From: Squalus acanthias
Taxonomy: Eukaryota
Assembly: GCA_030390025.1 (NCBI GenBank)
Contig: CM059432.1
Location: 18,292,001 to 18,356,000, forward strand
Reading direction: 5' to 3'
DNA: 64,000 nt
Positions 25,084 through 35,617 of the stretch are shown piece by piece. Position 1 is the first letter of the stretch, and each line of letters opens with the position of its first letter. Made by a program: the position numbers and the translations under genes. The notes below the pieces were generated by a model. The model saw nothing but the letters and a program-made list of their open reading frames with translations. It was not told where the DNA came from and did not search any database.

Positions 25084-26244
25084 ATGGGGGCTGCAATGAT
25101 TGGGGGCGTCGTCCTGCTCCAGCTCAATCGGAGCAGAGTGAGACGCAGACAGAGAGTGGCAATGATGGCCAGACGGAGGAGGCCCATCAGGCGCATGTAC
25201 AGGAGAGCTTACCCTCCCAGGGTATATCGTGAACAGCTCTCCTACATCCACATGTCCGAGGAGCTGTGTTTGCGAAGGCTGCGATTCAGCAAGGAGGTGG
25301 TCACTGAGCTCTGCCACCTGCTGCAGCCAGATCTGCAGCCTCAGCTGAGGTCCAGGACGTCTCTGTCGGTGGCAGTGAAGGTCACAGTGGCCTTGAACTT
25401 CTACGCCACTGGCTCATTCCAAGCTGCTGTTGGGGACCTCGCCAATATCTCCCAGTTTGCGGTGCATCGCTGCATCCGGCAGGTCACCAATGCCCTCTTC
25501 ACAAGGAGACAAGACTTCATCTCCTTCCCTATGACCCCAGACAAGCAGCATGACCGTGCTATGGGCTTTGCGAGGGTAGCGGGCTTCCCCATGGTGCAGG
25601 GCGCCATTGACTGCACGCATGTGGCTTTGCGTGCTCCGCGAGAGAATGCAGAGGAGTTCCGGAACAGAAAGGGGTTCCATTCCTTGAATGTGCAGTTGGT
25701 CTGTGACCACAGACAGGTGATTCTCGCTGTCAATGCCCACTATCCGGGCAGCTGCCACGATGCTTTCATCCTGCGCCAGAGTACTGTGGCAGAAATTTTC
25801 GAGGCACCGCATCAGCCAGTCGGTTGGCTTCTGGGGGACAAGGGGTACGCATTGAGCACCTGGCTGATGACACCGCTCCGTGCGCCAAACACCCCTGCTG
25901 AGCTGCGGTACCAGGAAAGCCAACAAGCAACGAGGAACATTATTGAGCGCACAATCGGCGTGCTCAAACAACGATTCCGCTGTCTGGACCATTCCGGAGG
26001 AGCCCTGCAGTACTCGCCTGAGCAAGTTTCCAAATTCGTAGTGGTGTGCTGCATGTTGCACAACATGGCAATCCTCAGGATGCAGCCAATGCCACCAGGC
26101 CTTGCAGCACCACAAGAGGAGGAGGAGGAAGAGGAGGAACAGGCCGAGGACGATGATCATCAGCAGCACCAAGGCAGGAGGGCGGCCCACAATGGTCAAA
26201 CTGCAAGGGCCGTCCGTCAACGACTAATAGCAAGCCGCTTCTAG
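25084..26244 (+). CDS. Harbinger (HARBI1-like) DDE transposase, 386 aa
   Basis: GAIDCTHV, RKGFHSLNVQLVCD, PGSCHDAFIL, LLGDKGY, RNIIERTIGVLKQRFRCL, CCMLHN. Confidence 0.95.
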   Translation: MGAAMIGGVVLLQLNRSRVRRRQRVAMMARRRRPIRRMYRRAYPPRVYREQLSYIHMSEELCLRRLRFSKEVVTELCHLLQPDLQPQLRSRTSLSVAVKVTVALNFYATGSFQAAVGDLANISQFAVHRCIRQVTNALFTRRQDFISFPMTPDKQHDRAMGFARVAGFPMVQGAIDCTHVALRAPRENAEEFRNRKGFHSLNVQLVCDHRQVILAVNAHYPGSCHDAFILRQSTVAEIFEAPHQPVGWLLGDKGYALSTWLMTPLRAPNTPAELRYQESQQATRNIIERTIGVLKQRFRCLDHSGGALQYSPEQVSKFVVVCCMLHNMAILRMQPMPPGLAAPQEEEEEEEEQAEDDDHQQHQGRRAAHNGQTARAVRQRLIASRF

Positions 26245-26538
26245 GGCCCCTGCCAGTGCTACAAACACGAATCAACCCAGCACGCAACCCCTAAGCCGGC
26301 CAAGGCACCAATAATTCCAACCACCAGCCATGTATATTTTGAATACAGAAACTTATTTATTGTACAAACTCTGTGTGTGTCAATTCCTCATGACAAACTC
26401 ATAGAAATAAACACAAAAAAACAGTCAATAACATAACTGGTTCTCACAACCTGGAGATAATGTCCAAAACACTAAACAAAAGTTGGGCCATGAACCTCGG
26501 CCTTTAATAAAAAAATGACCAGCATTTTGTCACACCTC

Positions 26539-28609
26539 CTACTTTTTGCCCTTCGAGGGTGATCTCCTTCCCTTGCGCACTTCCCCCCTTCTAACCCTAC
26601 TGCTCCTCCGTAATGGGACCTCAGTGGCTGCAGCAAGGCTGGTGGAAGGTTGCTGCTTGTCAGACCCTGACACTGCAGATGCCCCTGAAGGCCGGCCTCG
26701 ACCACTTCTGGGCCTGGAGGGCCCGGCTGCAGACTGCACCAACTCTGCATGGGCGGCAGCAGTCTGTCCTACAGGCGGTGGCAAGTGCAGTGGAGAAGTG
26801 ACAGTGTTGGCAGCAGGAATGCTGTCATTGTGAGAGAGGACAGCAACTCCCTGCTCGCCCGACACACTGGCACTCCCACGGGGCAGCACTTCAGCATCCG
26901 GAGCAATTTGCCTGAGAACAGATTGCTGGCCTGCTGCGGCGCGGTGACAGCCCCGGGGACATGTGCACGAACCATCGAGGATGGCAGCAGTCAGTGCTCG
27001 CGTGGCCTCAATCTGAGTCTGCATGAGAGCAGGCTCAGATGGGTTCCTGGCAGCCAGTGACTGAATTGCAGCAGTAAGCTTTAGTGTGGCATCCGCCTGT
27101 GCTACAGCGAAGTGCTCCACACTCCTTGCCAGTGCCTCAATGCATTCGGGCACCCTTCCCACTGCACCCATGAGCTCAGTGTGCATGACCACCGCCTGGC
27201 TGTTCATTTCTGCAATCATCCGCTCCTCCTCTGCGTCCATTGCATTAGGAGTGTCTGGCATACTCTCCCTCTGGGGAGAAGGCTCCCGTTCTTCCCTCCC
27301 CCCCCATGGCGTTGCTGCAGCCCGCTGGGTCCTGGAACTTCACCATCATCAGCCCCTTCCCCCCTGCTCCCCCGTTCTTCCCTCCCCCCCCCATGGCGTT
27401 GCTGCAGCCCGCTGGGTCCTGGAAGTTCACCATCATCAGCCCCTTCCCCCCTGCTCCCCTCCGGGGAAGGCGTGTTCCCAGTGTGGCCATGGGCTACCTC
27501 GGGAGAGGGTGGCACTGATGCTCCGGCTTCCTCTTCCTCCTCAGCTGCAGCATCACTCCCAGTGGCAGCTTCAGGGACCATCTCCTCAGCTGGTGAATCA
27601 CCATCTGAAAGCAGGGAGGTACAAGAGTGGCTTTAGCGTGAGGACAGGGTGGCAGTAAGGGAGGAATAAGTGCAGCGAGTTAGCAAGTTGGATTGAAAGT
27701 GTCAAAGGCTGGTATTGTGAGGGACAAGTGGAAGGACAGAGGACAAAAAGGTGATGACCTTACCATTGCTGTCCACAACGGGGTCGGCGTCTCCAGTGGC
27801 GACGGGACCGATCACCCGGCTTGCCACAATCCTGTGGACGCGCTCCTCCAGATCGCTGAGGGGTTGCAGCTGAAGCCGCCCTCCACCCGTCCGTTGCTGC
27901 TGTCTCCGATTATGAGCCAGCTTAGCCTGCAAGAAAAAGGACAGCATCTGAGTCAATATACAGCCATGGTCTTGCCTGATGTGCCTCCCATAGGTGAATA
28001 GCCCTTACAATATGCAGCCATGGTCTTGCCTGATGTGCCTCCCATAGGTGAATAGCCCTTACAATATGCAGCCATGGTCTTGCCTGATGTGCCTCCCATA
28101 GGTGAATAGCCCTTACAATATGCAGCCATGGTCTTGCCTGATGTGCCTCCCATAGGTGAATAGCCCTTACAATATGCAGCCATGGTCTTGCCTGATGTGC
28201 CTCCCATAGGTGAATAGCCCTTACTGTATGCAAAGTGTGGAATGTGTGTGTGTGTTTGATGAAAGGGCCATAGGTGTTGGATGAGTGTTGTGCATTGGGG
28301 TTTTAAGACCCTCTGGCCATAGAGTGAGGTTGAGATGGAGGGATGGAGAGGTATTGAGAAAAAGCCACTCACCCTGACGACCCGAGTGAGGTCGTTGAAC
28401 TTCTTGCGGCACTGGACATGGGTCCTGGGCACCATGCTCCTGGAGGAGACGCTCTGAGCCACCTCCCTCCACACTCTTCTGAACTCGCGTGGCAAAGGCC
28501 TCCTGCCACTCTCTGGGAACAGCATGCATCGTCTGCGCTCCACTGCGTCAACCAGAGCATCCAAGGCCCGCTCGGTGAAGCGATGAGCGCGTTCTCTCAC
28601 CCTCTCCAT
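26539..28609 (-). CDS. Harbinger Myb/SANT-like partner gene, copy 1; exons 28609-28373, 27926-27764, 27604-26539; 1-bp frameshift in a G run at ~27298-27305
   Basis: FTERALDALVDAV..W REVA..R..QCRKKFNDL trihelix motif; GT-AG introns; exon 3 is 1066 nt versus 1067 nt in copy 2. Confidence 0.8.
27961..28224. repeat. 54-bp minisatellite, 5 units, in intron 1 of the Myb gene
   Basis: CAGCCATGGTCTTGCCTGATGTGCCTCCCATAGGTGAATAGCCCTTACAATATG repeated. Confidence 0.95.
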
Positions 28610-28994
28610 TCTTGGCAGCAAAATGGATTACAGGTCTCTCCAGGCTGAGATTCAAGGCTGCAATGAGCAGGGTGTGGCTGGGGAGCAAGTGGCCCCCCCC
28701 GCTTTAAGAAGTGTCCGGCGTCAGTGTGTCTGTGTTCCCGCGCTAACTGGCAGCAGCTGCGCTGCGCTCGTGCGCTGAGTTAGCGCCTCACTCCTAGGCC
28801 TTTGCGCCTTAAGAGAGGTGTGCAGCGCCTAATTTAGCGCTCCACTCACCTCCCGGGGCGGTAAAAGTGAAGTTTCCTGTCAGTGCCGATAATTAGCGCC
28901 AGGCGCTAATATTTGCGCGCGGACGATATTTGCGCCCCAAATGGGGCGCGACCTAATTTCTACCCCAAATAGTTTACCAACAACTGAAGTCACA

Positions 28995-29887
28995 GGGGGA
29001 AAAATTCAGTTGGTTGCGTCTCCCGTTAGCGCCTTAAGAGGGCGCTAATGGGGTGCAAAGCATCTAGCGCCTGGGCGCGGCGATGTTTGCGCCGCTCGCG
29101 AAATTAACTAGACATTTTGCGGCGGCGCTAAACACTACCGCCACGATCTCCTGCGCCAGCAGATCGTGACATCAGTCGAGTGCGCAACACCCCGGTATCG
29201 CCCCAGAGCGGATATTGAGTGGCGCCCCCTGCCTTACCGCCTGCCGCTAGCAACGACAGGTTGAGGGGAGCGTTTTGCAGTCAGGAAGGGACTGGGGGAG
29301 CGCTATTTAAAGGCGACCGCTTCCTGCCTTTTATTGTTGGTGACATTTTAGAACCACGCATTCTGAGAGAGAGAGAGAGAGACTTCTGGAGAGATTCAAC
29401 GCTGTGTGAAGGAGTTTTGGGTACTGAGCAGCACTTTGCAGGTTCATTTTGATTTGCCCTTCCTTGTATCGATTTAGAAGAGACTGTGGGGGCTGCACTC
29501 TGAGCTCTTCCCCTGGTACTCTCCATTGTTCTTTCCAGCAGATTTGATGTGCAGGTCTCTCCAGGCCGAGATTCAAGGCTGCAATGAGCAGGATGTGGAT
29601 GGAAAGCAAGATCAACCCTCCCCTTTAAGAACTGGCCCACGCCATTGTGTCTGTGTTCCATTGCTGACTGACATCACATGAGCTTCGCCAGTGCTCTGAG
29701 GTAGCGCCTCGCTCCTCGCCCTATGCGCCTTAAGACAGGTGTGAAGCGCCTGATTTAGCGCTCCAATGACCTCCAGGGGCGATAAAAGTCAAGTTTGCTG
29801 TCGGTGGCGATAATTAGCGCCAGGCGCTAATCTTTGCGCCCGGCCGATAATTGCGCCCCAAATGCGGCGATACTGAATTTCTCCCCC
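28995..29887. mobile_element. Harbinger MITE, family M1 (893 bp), in the spacer of the palindrome
   Basis: TIR GGGGGAAAAATTCAGT / ACTGAATTTCTCCCCC; flanks ACA/ATA (TSD with one mismatch). Confidence 0.9.
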
Positions 29888-30255
29888 ATAGAGTCATAGG
29901 GGTAGAAATTAGGTCGCGCCCCATTTGGGGCGCAAATATCGTCCGCGCGCAAATATTAGCGCCTGGCGCTAATTATCGGCACTGACAGGAAACTTCACTT
30001 TTACCGCCCCGGGAGGTGAGTGGAGCGCTAAATTAGGCGCTGCACACCTCTCTTAAGGCGCAAAGGCCTAGGAGTGAGGCGCTAACTCAGCGCACGAGCG
30101 CAGCGCAGCTGCTGCCAGTTAGCGCGGTAACACAGACACACTGGCGCCGGACACTTCTTAAAGCGGGGGGGGCCACTTGCTCCCCAGCCACACCCTGCTC
30201 ATTGCAGCCTTGAATCTCAGCCTGGAGAGACCTGTAATCCATTTTGCTGCCAAGA

Positions 30256-32273
30256 ATGGAGAGGGTGAGAGAACGCGCTCATCGCTTCACCGAGCGGGCC
30301 TTGGATGCTCTGGTTGACGCAGTGGAGCGCAGACGATGCATGCTGTTCCCAGAGAGTGGCAGGAGGCCTTTGCCACGCGAGTTCAGAAGAGTGTGGAGGG
30401 AGGTGGCTCAGAGCGTCTCCTCCAGGAGCATGGTGCCCAGGACCCATGTCCAGTGCCGCAAAAAGTTCAACGACCTCACTCGGGTCGTCAGGGTGAGTGG
30501 CTTTTTCTCAATACCTCTCCATCCCTCCATCTCAACCTCACTCTATGGCCAGAGGGTCTTAAAACCCCAATGCACAACACTCATCCAACACCTATGGCCC
30601 TTTCATCAAACACACACACACATTCCACACTTTGCATACAGTAAGGGCTATTCACCTATGGGAGGCACATCAGGCAAGACCATGGCTGCATATTGTAAGG
30701 GCTATTCACCTATGGGAGGCACATCAGGCAAGACCATGGCTGCATATTGTAAGGGCTATTCACCTATGGGAGGCACATCAGGCAAGACCATGGCTGCATA
30801 TTGTAAGGGCTATTCACCTATGGGAGGCACATCAGGCAAGACCATGGCTGTATATTGACTCAGATGCTGTCCTTTTTCTTGCAGGCTAAGCTGGCTCATA
30901 ATCGGAGACAGCAGCAACGGACGGGTGGAGGGCGGCTTCAGCTGCAACCCCTCAGCGATCTGGAGGAGCGCGTCCACAGGATTGTGGCAAGCCGGGTGAT
31001 CGGTCCCGTCGCCACTGGAGACGCCGACCCCGTTGTGGACAGCAATGGTAAGGTCATCACCTTTTTGTCCTCTGTCCTTCCACTTGTCCCTCACAATACC
31101 AGCCTTTGACACTTTCAATCCAACTTGCTAACTCGCTGCACTTATTCCTCCCTTACTGCCACCCTGTCCTCACGCTAAAGCCACTCTTGTACCTCCCTGC
31201 TTTCAGATGGTGATTCACCAGCTGAGGAGATGGTCCCTGAAGCTGCCACTGGGAGTGATGCTGCAGCTGAGGAGGAAGAGGAAGCCGGAGCATCAGTGCC
31301 ACCCTCTCCCGAGGAAGCCCATGGCCACACTGGGAACACGCCTTCCCCGGAGGGGAGCAGGGGGGAAGGGGCTGATGATGGTGAAGTTCCAGGACCCAGC
31401 GGGCTGCAGCAACGCCATGGGGGGGGGAGGGAAGAAAGGGGGAGCAGGGGGGAAGGGGCTGATGATGGTGAAGTTCCAGGACCCAGCGGGCTGCAGCAAC
31501 GCCATGGGGGGGGGAGGGAAGAACGGGAGCCTTCTCCCCAGAGGGAGAGTATGCCAGACACTCCTAATGCAATGGACGCAGAGGAGGAGCGGATGATTGC
31601 AGAAATGAACAGCCAGGCGGTGGTCATGCACACTGAGCTCATGGGTGCAGTGGGAAGGGTGCCCGAATGCATTGAGGCACTGGCAAGGAGTGTGGAGCAC
31701 TTCGCTGTAGCACAGGCGGATGCCACACTAAAGCTTACTGCTGCAATTCAGTCACTGGCTGCCAGGAACCCATCTGAGCCTGCTCTCATGCAGACTCAGA
31801 TTGAGGCCACGCGAGCACTGACTGCTGCCATCCTCGATGGTTCGTGCACATGTCCCCGGGGCTGTCACCGCGCCGCAGCAGGCCAGCAATCTGTTCTCAG
31901 GCAAATTGCTCCGGATGCTGAAGTGCTGCCCCGTGGGAGTGCCAGTGTGTCGGGCGAGCAGGGAGTTGCTGTCCTCTCTCACGATGACAGCATTCCTGCT
32001 GCCAACACTGTCACTTCTCCACTGCACTTGCCACCGCCTGTAGGACAGACTGCTGCCGCCCATGCAGAGTTGGTGCAGTCTGCAGCCGGGCCCTCCAGGC
32101 CCAGAAGTGGTCGAGGCCGGCCTTCAGGGGCATCTGCAGTGTCAGGGTCTGACGAGCAGCAGCCTTCCACCAGCCTTGCTGCAGCCACTGAGGTCCCATT
32201 ACGGAGGAGCAGTAGGGTTAGAAGGGGGGAAGTGCGCAAGGGAAGGAGATCACCCTCGAAGGGCAAAAAGTAG
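30256..32273 (+). CDS. Harbinger Myb/SANT-like partner protein, intact; exons 30256-30492, 30885-31047, 31207-32273; 488 aa predicted
   Basis: AGG|GTGAGT ... TTCTTGCAG|GCT (phase 0) and AATG|GTAAG ... TTTCAG|AT (phase 1) give one open frame ending ..RKGRRSPSKGKK*. Confidence 0.85.
30641..30850. repeat. 54-bp minisatellite, 4 units, in intron 1 of the Myb gene
   Basis: Same unit as 27961-28224, reverse orientation. Confidence 0.95.
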
Positions 32274-32567
32274 GATGTGTGCCAAAATGCTGGTCATTTT
32301 TTTATTAAAGGCCGAGGTTCATGGCCCAACTTTTGTTTAGTGTTTTGGACATTATCTCCAGGTTGTGAGAACCAGTTATGTTATTGACTGTTTTTTGGTG
32401 TTTATTTCTATGAGTTTCTCATGAGGAATTGACACACACAGAGTTTGTACAATAAATAAGTTTCTGTATTCAAAATATACATGGCTGGTGGTTGGAATTA
32501 TTGGTGCCTTGGCCGGCTTAGGGGTTGCGTGCTGGGTTGATTCGTGTTTGTAGCACTGGCAGGGGTC

Positions 32568-33728
32568 CTAGAAGCGGCTTGCTATTAGTCGTTGACGGAC
32601 GGCCCTTGCAGTTTGACCATTGTGGGCCGCCCTCCTGCCTTGGTGCTGCTGCTGATCATCGTCCTCGGCCTGTTCCTCCTCTTCCTCCTCCTCCTCTTGT
32701 GGTGCTGCAAGGCCTGGTGGCATTGGCTGCGTCCTGAGGATTGCCATGTTGTGCAACATGCAGCACACCACTACGAATTTGGAAACTTGCTCAGGCGAGT
32801 ACTGCAGGGCTCCTCCGGAATGGTCCAGACAGCGGAATCGTTGTTTGAGCACGCCGATTGTGCGCTCAATAATGTTCCTCGTTGCTTGTTGGCTTTCCTG
32901 GTACCGCAGCTCAGCAGGGGTGTTTGGCGCACGGAGCGGTGTCATCAGCCAGGTGCTCAATGCGTACCCCTTGTCCCCCAGAAGCCAACCAACTGGCTGA
33001 TGCGGTGCCTCGAAAATTTCTGCCACAGTACTCTGGCGCAGGATGAAAGCATCGTGGCAGCTGCCCGGATAGTGGGCATTGACAGCGAGAATCACCTGTC
33101 TGTGGTCACAGACCAACTGCACATTCAAGGAATGGAACCCCTTTCTGTTCCGGAACTCCTCTGCATTCTCTCGCGGAGCACGCAAAGCCACATGCGTGCA
33201 GTCAATGGCGCCCTGCACCATGGGGAAGCCCGCTACCCTCGCAAAGCCCATAGCACGGTCATGCTGCTTGTCTGGGGTCATAGGGAAGGAGATGAAGTCT
33301 CGTCTCCTTGTGAAGAGGGCATTGGTGACCTGCCGAATGCAGCGATGCACCGCAAACTGGGAGATATTGGCGAGGTCCCCAACAGCAGCTTGGAATGAGC
33401 CAGTGGCGTAGAAGTTCAAGGCCACTGTGACCTTCACTGCCACCGACAGAGACGTCCTGGACCTCAGCTGAGGCTGCAGATCTGGCTGCAGCAGGTGGCA
33501 GAGCTCAGTGACCACCTCCTTGCTGAATCGCAGCCTTCGCAAACACAGCTCCTCGGACATGTGGATGTAGGAGAGCTGTTCACGATATACCCTGGGAGGG
33601 TAAGCTCTCCTGTACATGCGCCTGATGGGCCTCCTCCGTCTGGCCATCATTGCCACTCTCTGTCTGCGTCTCACTCTGCTCCGATTGAGCTGGAGCAGGA
33701 CGACGCCCCCAATCATTGCAGCCCCCAT
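32568..33728 (-). CDS. Harbinger DDE transposase, 386 aa, copy 2
   Basis: Same motifs as copy 1; three amino-acid differences (Q/R, M/T, H/Q). Confidence 0.95.
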   Translation of the reverse strand: MGAAMIGGVVLLQLNRSRVRRRQRVAMMARRRRPIRRMYRRAYPPRVYREQLSYIHMSEELCLRRLRFSKEVVTELCHLLQPDLQPQLRSRTSLSVAVKVTVALNFYATGSFQAAVGDLANISQFAVHRCIRQVTNALFTRRRDFISFPMTPDKQHDRAMGFARVAGFPMVQGAIDCTHVALRAPRENAEEFRNRKGFHSLNVQLVCDHRQVILAVNAHYPGSCHDAFILRQSTVAEIFEAPHQPVGWLLGDKGYALSTWLMTPLRAPNTPAELRYQESQQATRNIIERTIGVLKQRFRCLDHSGGALQYSPEQVSKFVVVCCMLHNMAILRTQPMPPGLAAPQEEEEEEEEQAEDDDQQQHQGRRAAHNGQTARAVRQRLIASRF

Positions 33729-34240
33729 CTTCTCTTTGCCAGAAAAGTAATGAGGTACAGCAACGAAAGTAGCAGCAAAGTTAGGATGAACTAGGCAAAA
33801 CTACCTCACAAAGCGTTGAGTCAATGTAGAAGTCTCTCTCTCTCTCTCTCCGAATCTCTCTCTCTCTCTCAGAACGAGTGGTGCATAAATGTCGACCACA
33901 GAAAAAGACAGGAAGAGGCCCCCTTTAAATAGCGCCCCCCCCAGCCCCAGACCGATTGATAACGTTCCAGTCTTCCGGTCGTTGGAAGCGCCAGGCGGTA
34001 AGGCAGGGGGCGCCACTCAATTTCCGCTCCGGGGCGCCCCAAGGGCGTTGCACCACAGAATGACGTCACAATCTGCGCGCGCAGGTGGTCGCAGCGGTAA
34101 GTTTTAGCGCCGCCGCACAATCTCAAGTTAAGTTCTCGAGCGGCGCAAACAGCGCTGCGCCCAGGCGTTAGCGCCTTAACGCCCCATTAGCGCCCATTTA
34201 AGGCGCTAACGGGAGGCGCAACCAACTGAATTTTTACCCC

Positions 34241-34886
34241 TTTGAGTTTATAATATGGGATGAATTCACTAAGCAGTTGGTGAAACATGACTTAATCCGG
34301 GCCAGTCAGTCAGCACATCTATCTGAAAGTCAGGTCATGTTTGACCAATCCAATAGGATTGTTTGAAGAAATTACTTGATAGATAAAGGGAGCGCTGTGA
34401 AAGTGATTTATACTGATTTTCAAAAAAAATATCCAGTACGATAAGAGACTTACGGCAGGATAATAGGACACAGAATTTGAGACCATAAAAAGACAATCGG
34501 TTTTGTATCTAGAGGCATTAAATACAAAAGCAAGGAGGTGATGTTGAACTTATACAAGATCTTAGGCCACAGTTGATGTATAGTGTGCAGTTCTGCCTGC
34601 CACATTATAGCAAGGATATAAAAGCAATGGAAAAAATGCAGTGTAAATTTACTAGGATGTTACCAAAAATGAGGAGTACAGTTATGGGGACACTTGAAAA
34701 GTCTGAACATTTTTTTGCTAAATGTGAGAAGTTAGGAAAAGTCCGTAAATTATTTTAAAATGGAATGAATTAATTGCTTGAAAAAGAGGATTATTAAAAG
34801 GTATGGGGTGTGAGAAGGGCAGTTGAGCTAGACTGGTGGCTCATGTGAAGAAAACCAATGACCTGTTCTGTGCTATAACATTCTAT
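34241..34886 (+). mobile_element. Old CR1 ORF2/3' remnant, right part
   Basis: FEFIIWDEFTKQLVKHDLIRASQ..CLTN; YSVQFCLPHYSKDIKAMEK; tail CTGTGCTATAACATTCTAT. Confidence 0.75.
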
Positions 34887-35617
34887 GGGGTAAAAATTGA
34901 GTCGCGCCCCATTTGGGGCGCTAACCTCGCCGGGGCGCGACTTTTAGCGCCCCGAAAAAATTAGCGGCCCCGCGCCGGAACTTCAGTGGTTGCGCCCCAA
35001 GAGGGAAGCGGGGCGCCACTGGAAGCACCCCGCATCCCTCTTGGGGCGCTGCGAGTGAATATCCTGGCGCTACGTGCCGCGGTATTGCAGGCCTTCCTCC
35101 CCTTCTTAAAGGGGAGGGACCCTGCGCAGCGCGAACCGGGGCCCAGCTGGGCCCCCAGGGATCGGGAGTGCCGGCAAAAGAGCCCGGCACTCAAGAGAAG
35201 TGCCGGGCTCTTGGAGCGCAGCCGGCACTTCACGGTGGGGGGGCTTCACGGGGGCCGGGGACAGCAACGGGGGCAGGTGCTGGCAGGCGGCCAGCAACAA
35301 AAATGGCCGCCTGCCACCTCACTTTAAATATCGCCGCCCCGGCTGCACGTACGCCTCCCTGAACCCGTCGGACATAGCGTCTGGCGGTAAATCAGGGGGC
35401 GCGACTGAAGATCACGGCCGGGGTGCTGCGCACGGCGATGACGTCATCGCCGGCGGCGCAGCGCCACAGGGCGCTACCGGCTGCCGCTGCCGCTAACCTC
35501 CCACTAAATTTTTCGGGAGGCGTGGGCGGCGCTGCGCCCGGGCGTTAGCTGCTTTACGCCCCATTAGCGCCCTCTTAAGGCGCTAACGGGAGGCGCAAGC
35601 AGCTGAATTTTTCCCCC
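34887..35617. mobile_element. Harbinger MITE (731 bp, GC-rich)
   Basis: TIR GGGGTAAAAATTGAG / CTGAATTTTTCCCCC; TSD TAT/TAT; subterminal blocks shared with the autonomous element. Confidence 0.9.

Larger units (their letters stand above)
24572..28966 (+). mobile_element. Autonomous PIF/Harbinger transposon, copy 1 (4395 bp)
   Basis: TIRs GGGGTAAAAATT / AATTTCTACCCC; convergent transposase and Myb genes; flanks TAT and AAA. Confidence 0.95.
29899..34240 (-). mobile_element. Autonomous PIF/Harbinger transposon, copy 2 (4342 bp), inverted relative to copy 1
   Basis: Reverse complement of 24572-28966 with scattered substitutions and one fewer VNTR unit; flanks ATA and TTT. Confidence 0.95.

Noticed and set aside
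25414..26220. 268-aa antisense ORF in the transposase (mirrored at 32592-33398)
   Set aside because: Shadow ORF of GC-rich coding sequence with no recognisable motifs.
25084..26244. Domesticated host gene HARBI1
   Set aside because: It lies inside TIRs with a Myb partner and is duplicated, so it is a transposon gene.
27961..28224. CRISPR-like array
   Set aside because: Contiguous identical 54-bp units with no unique spacers; eukaryotic intronic VNTR.
24572..34240. A single composite macro-transposon with 4.3-kb terminal inverted repeats
   Set aside because: The outer flanks (TAT vs TTT) are not a TSD, and the spacer contains local flanking CR1 sequence, so the unit formed in place.
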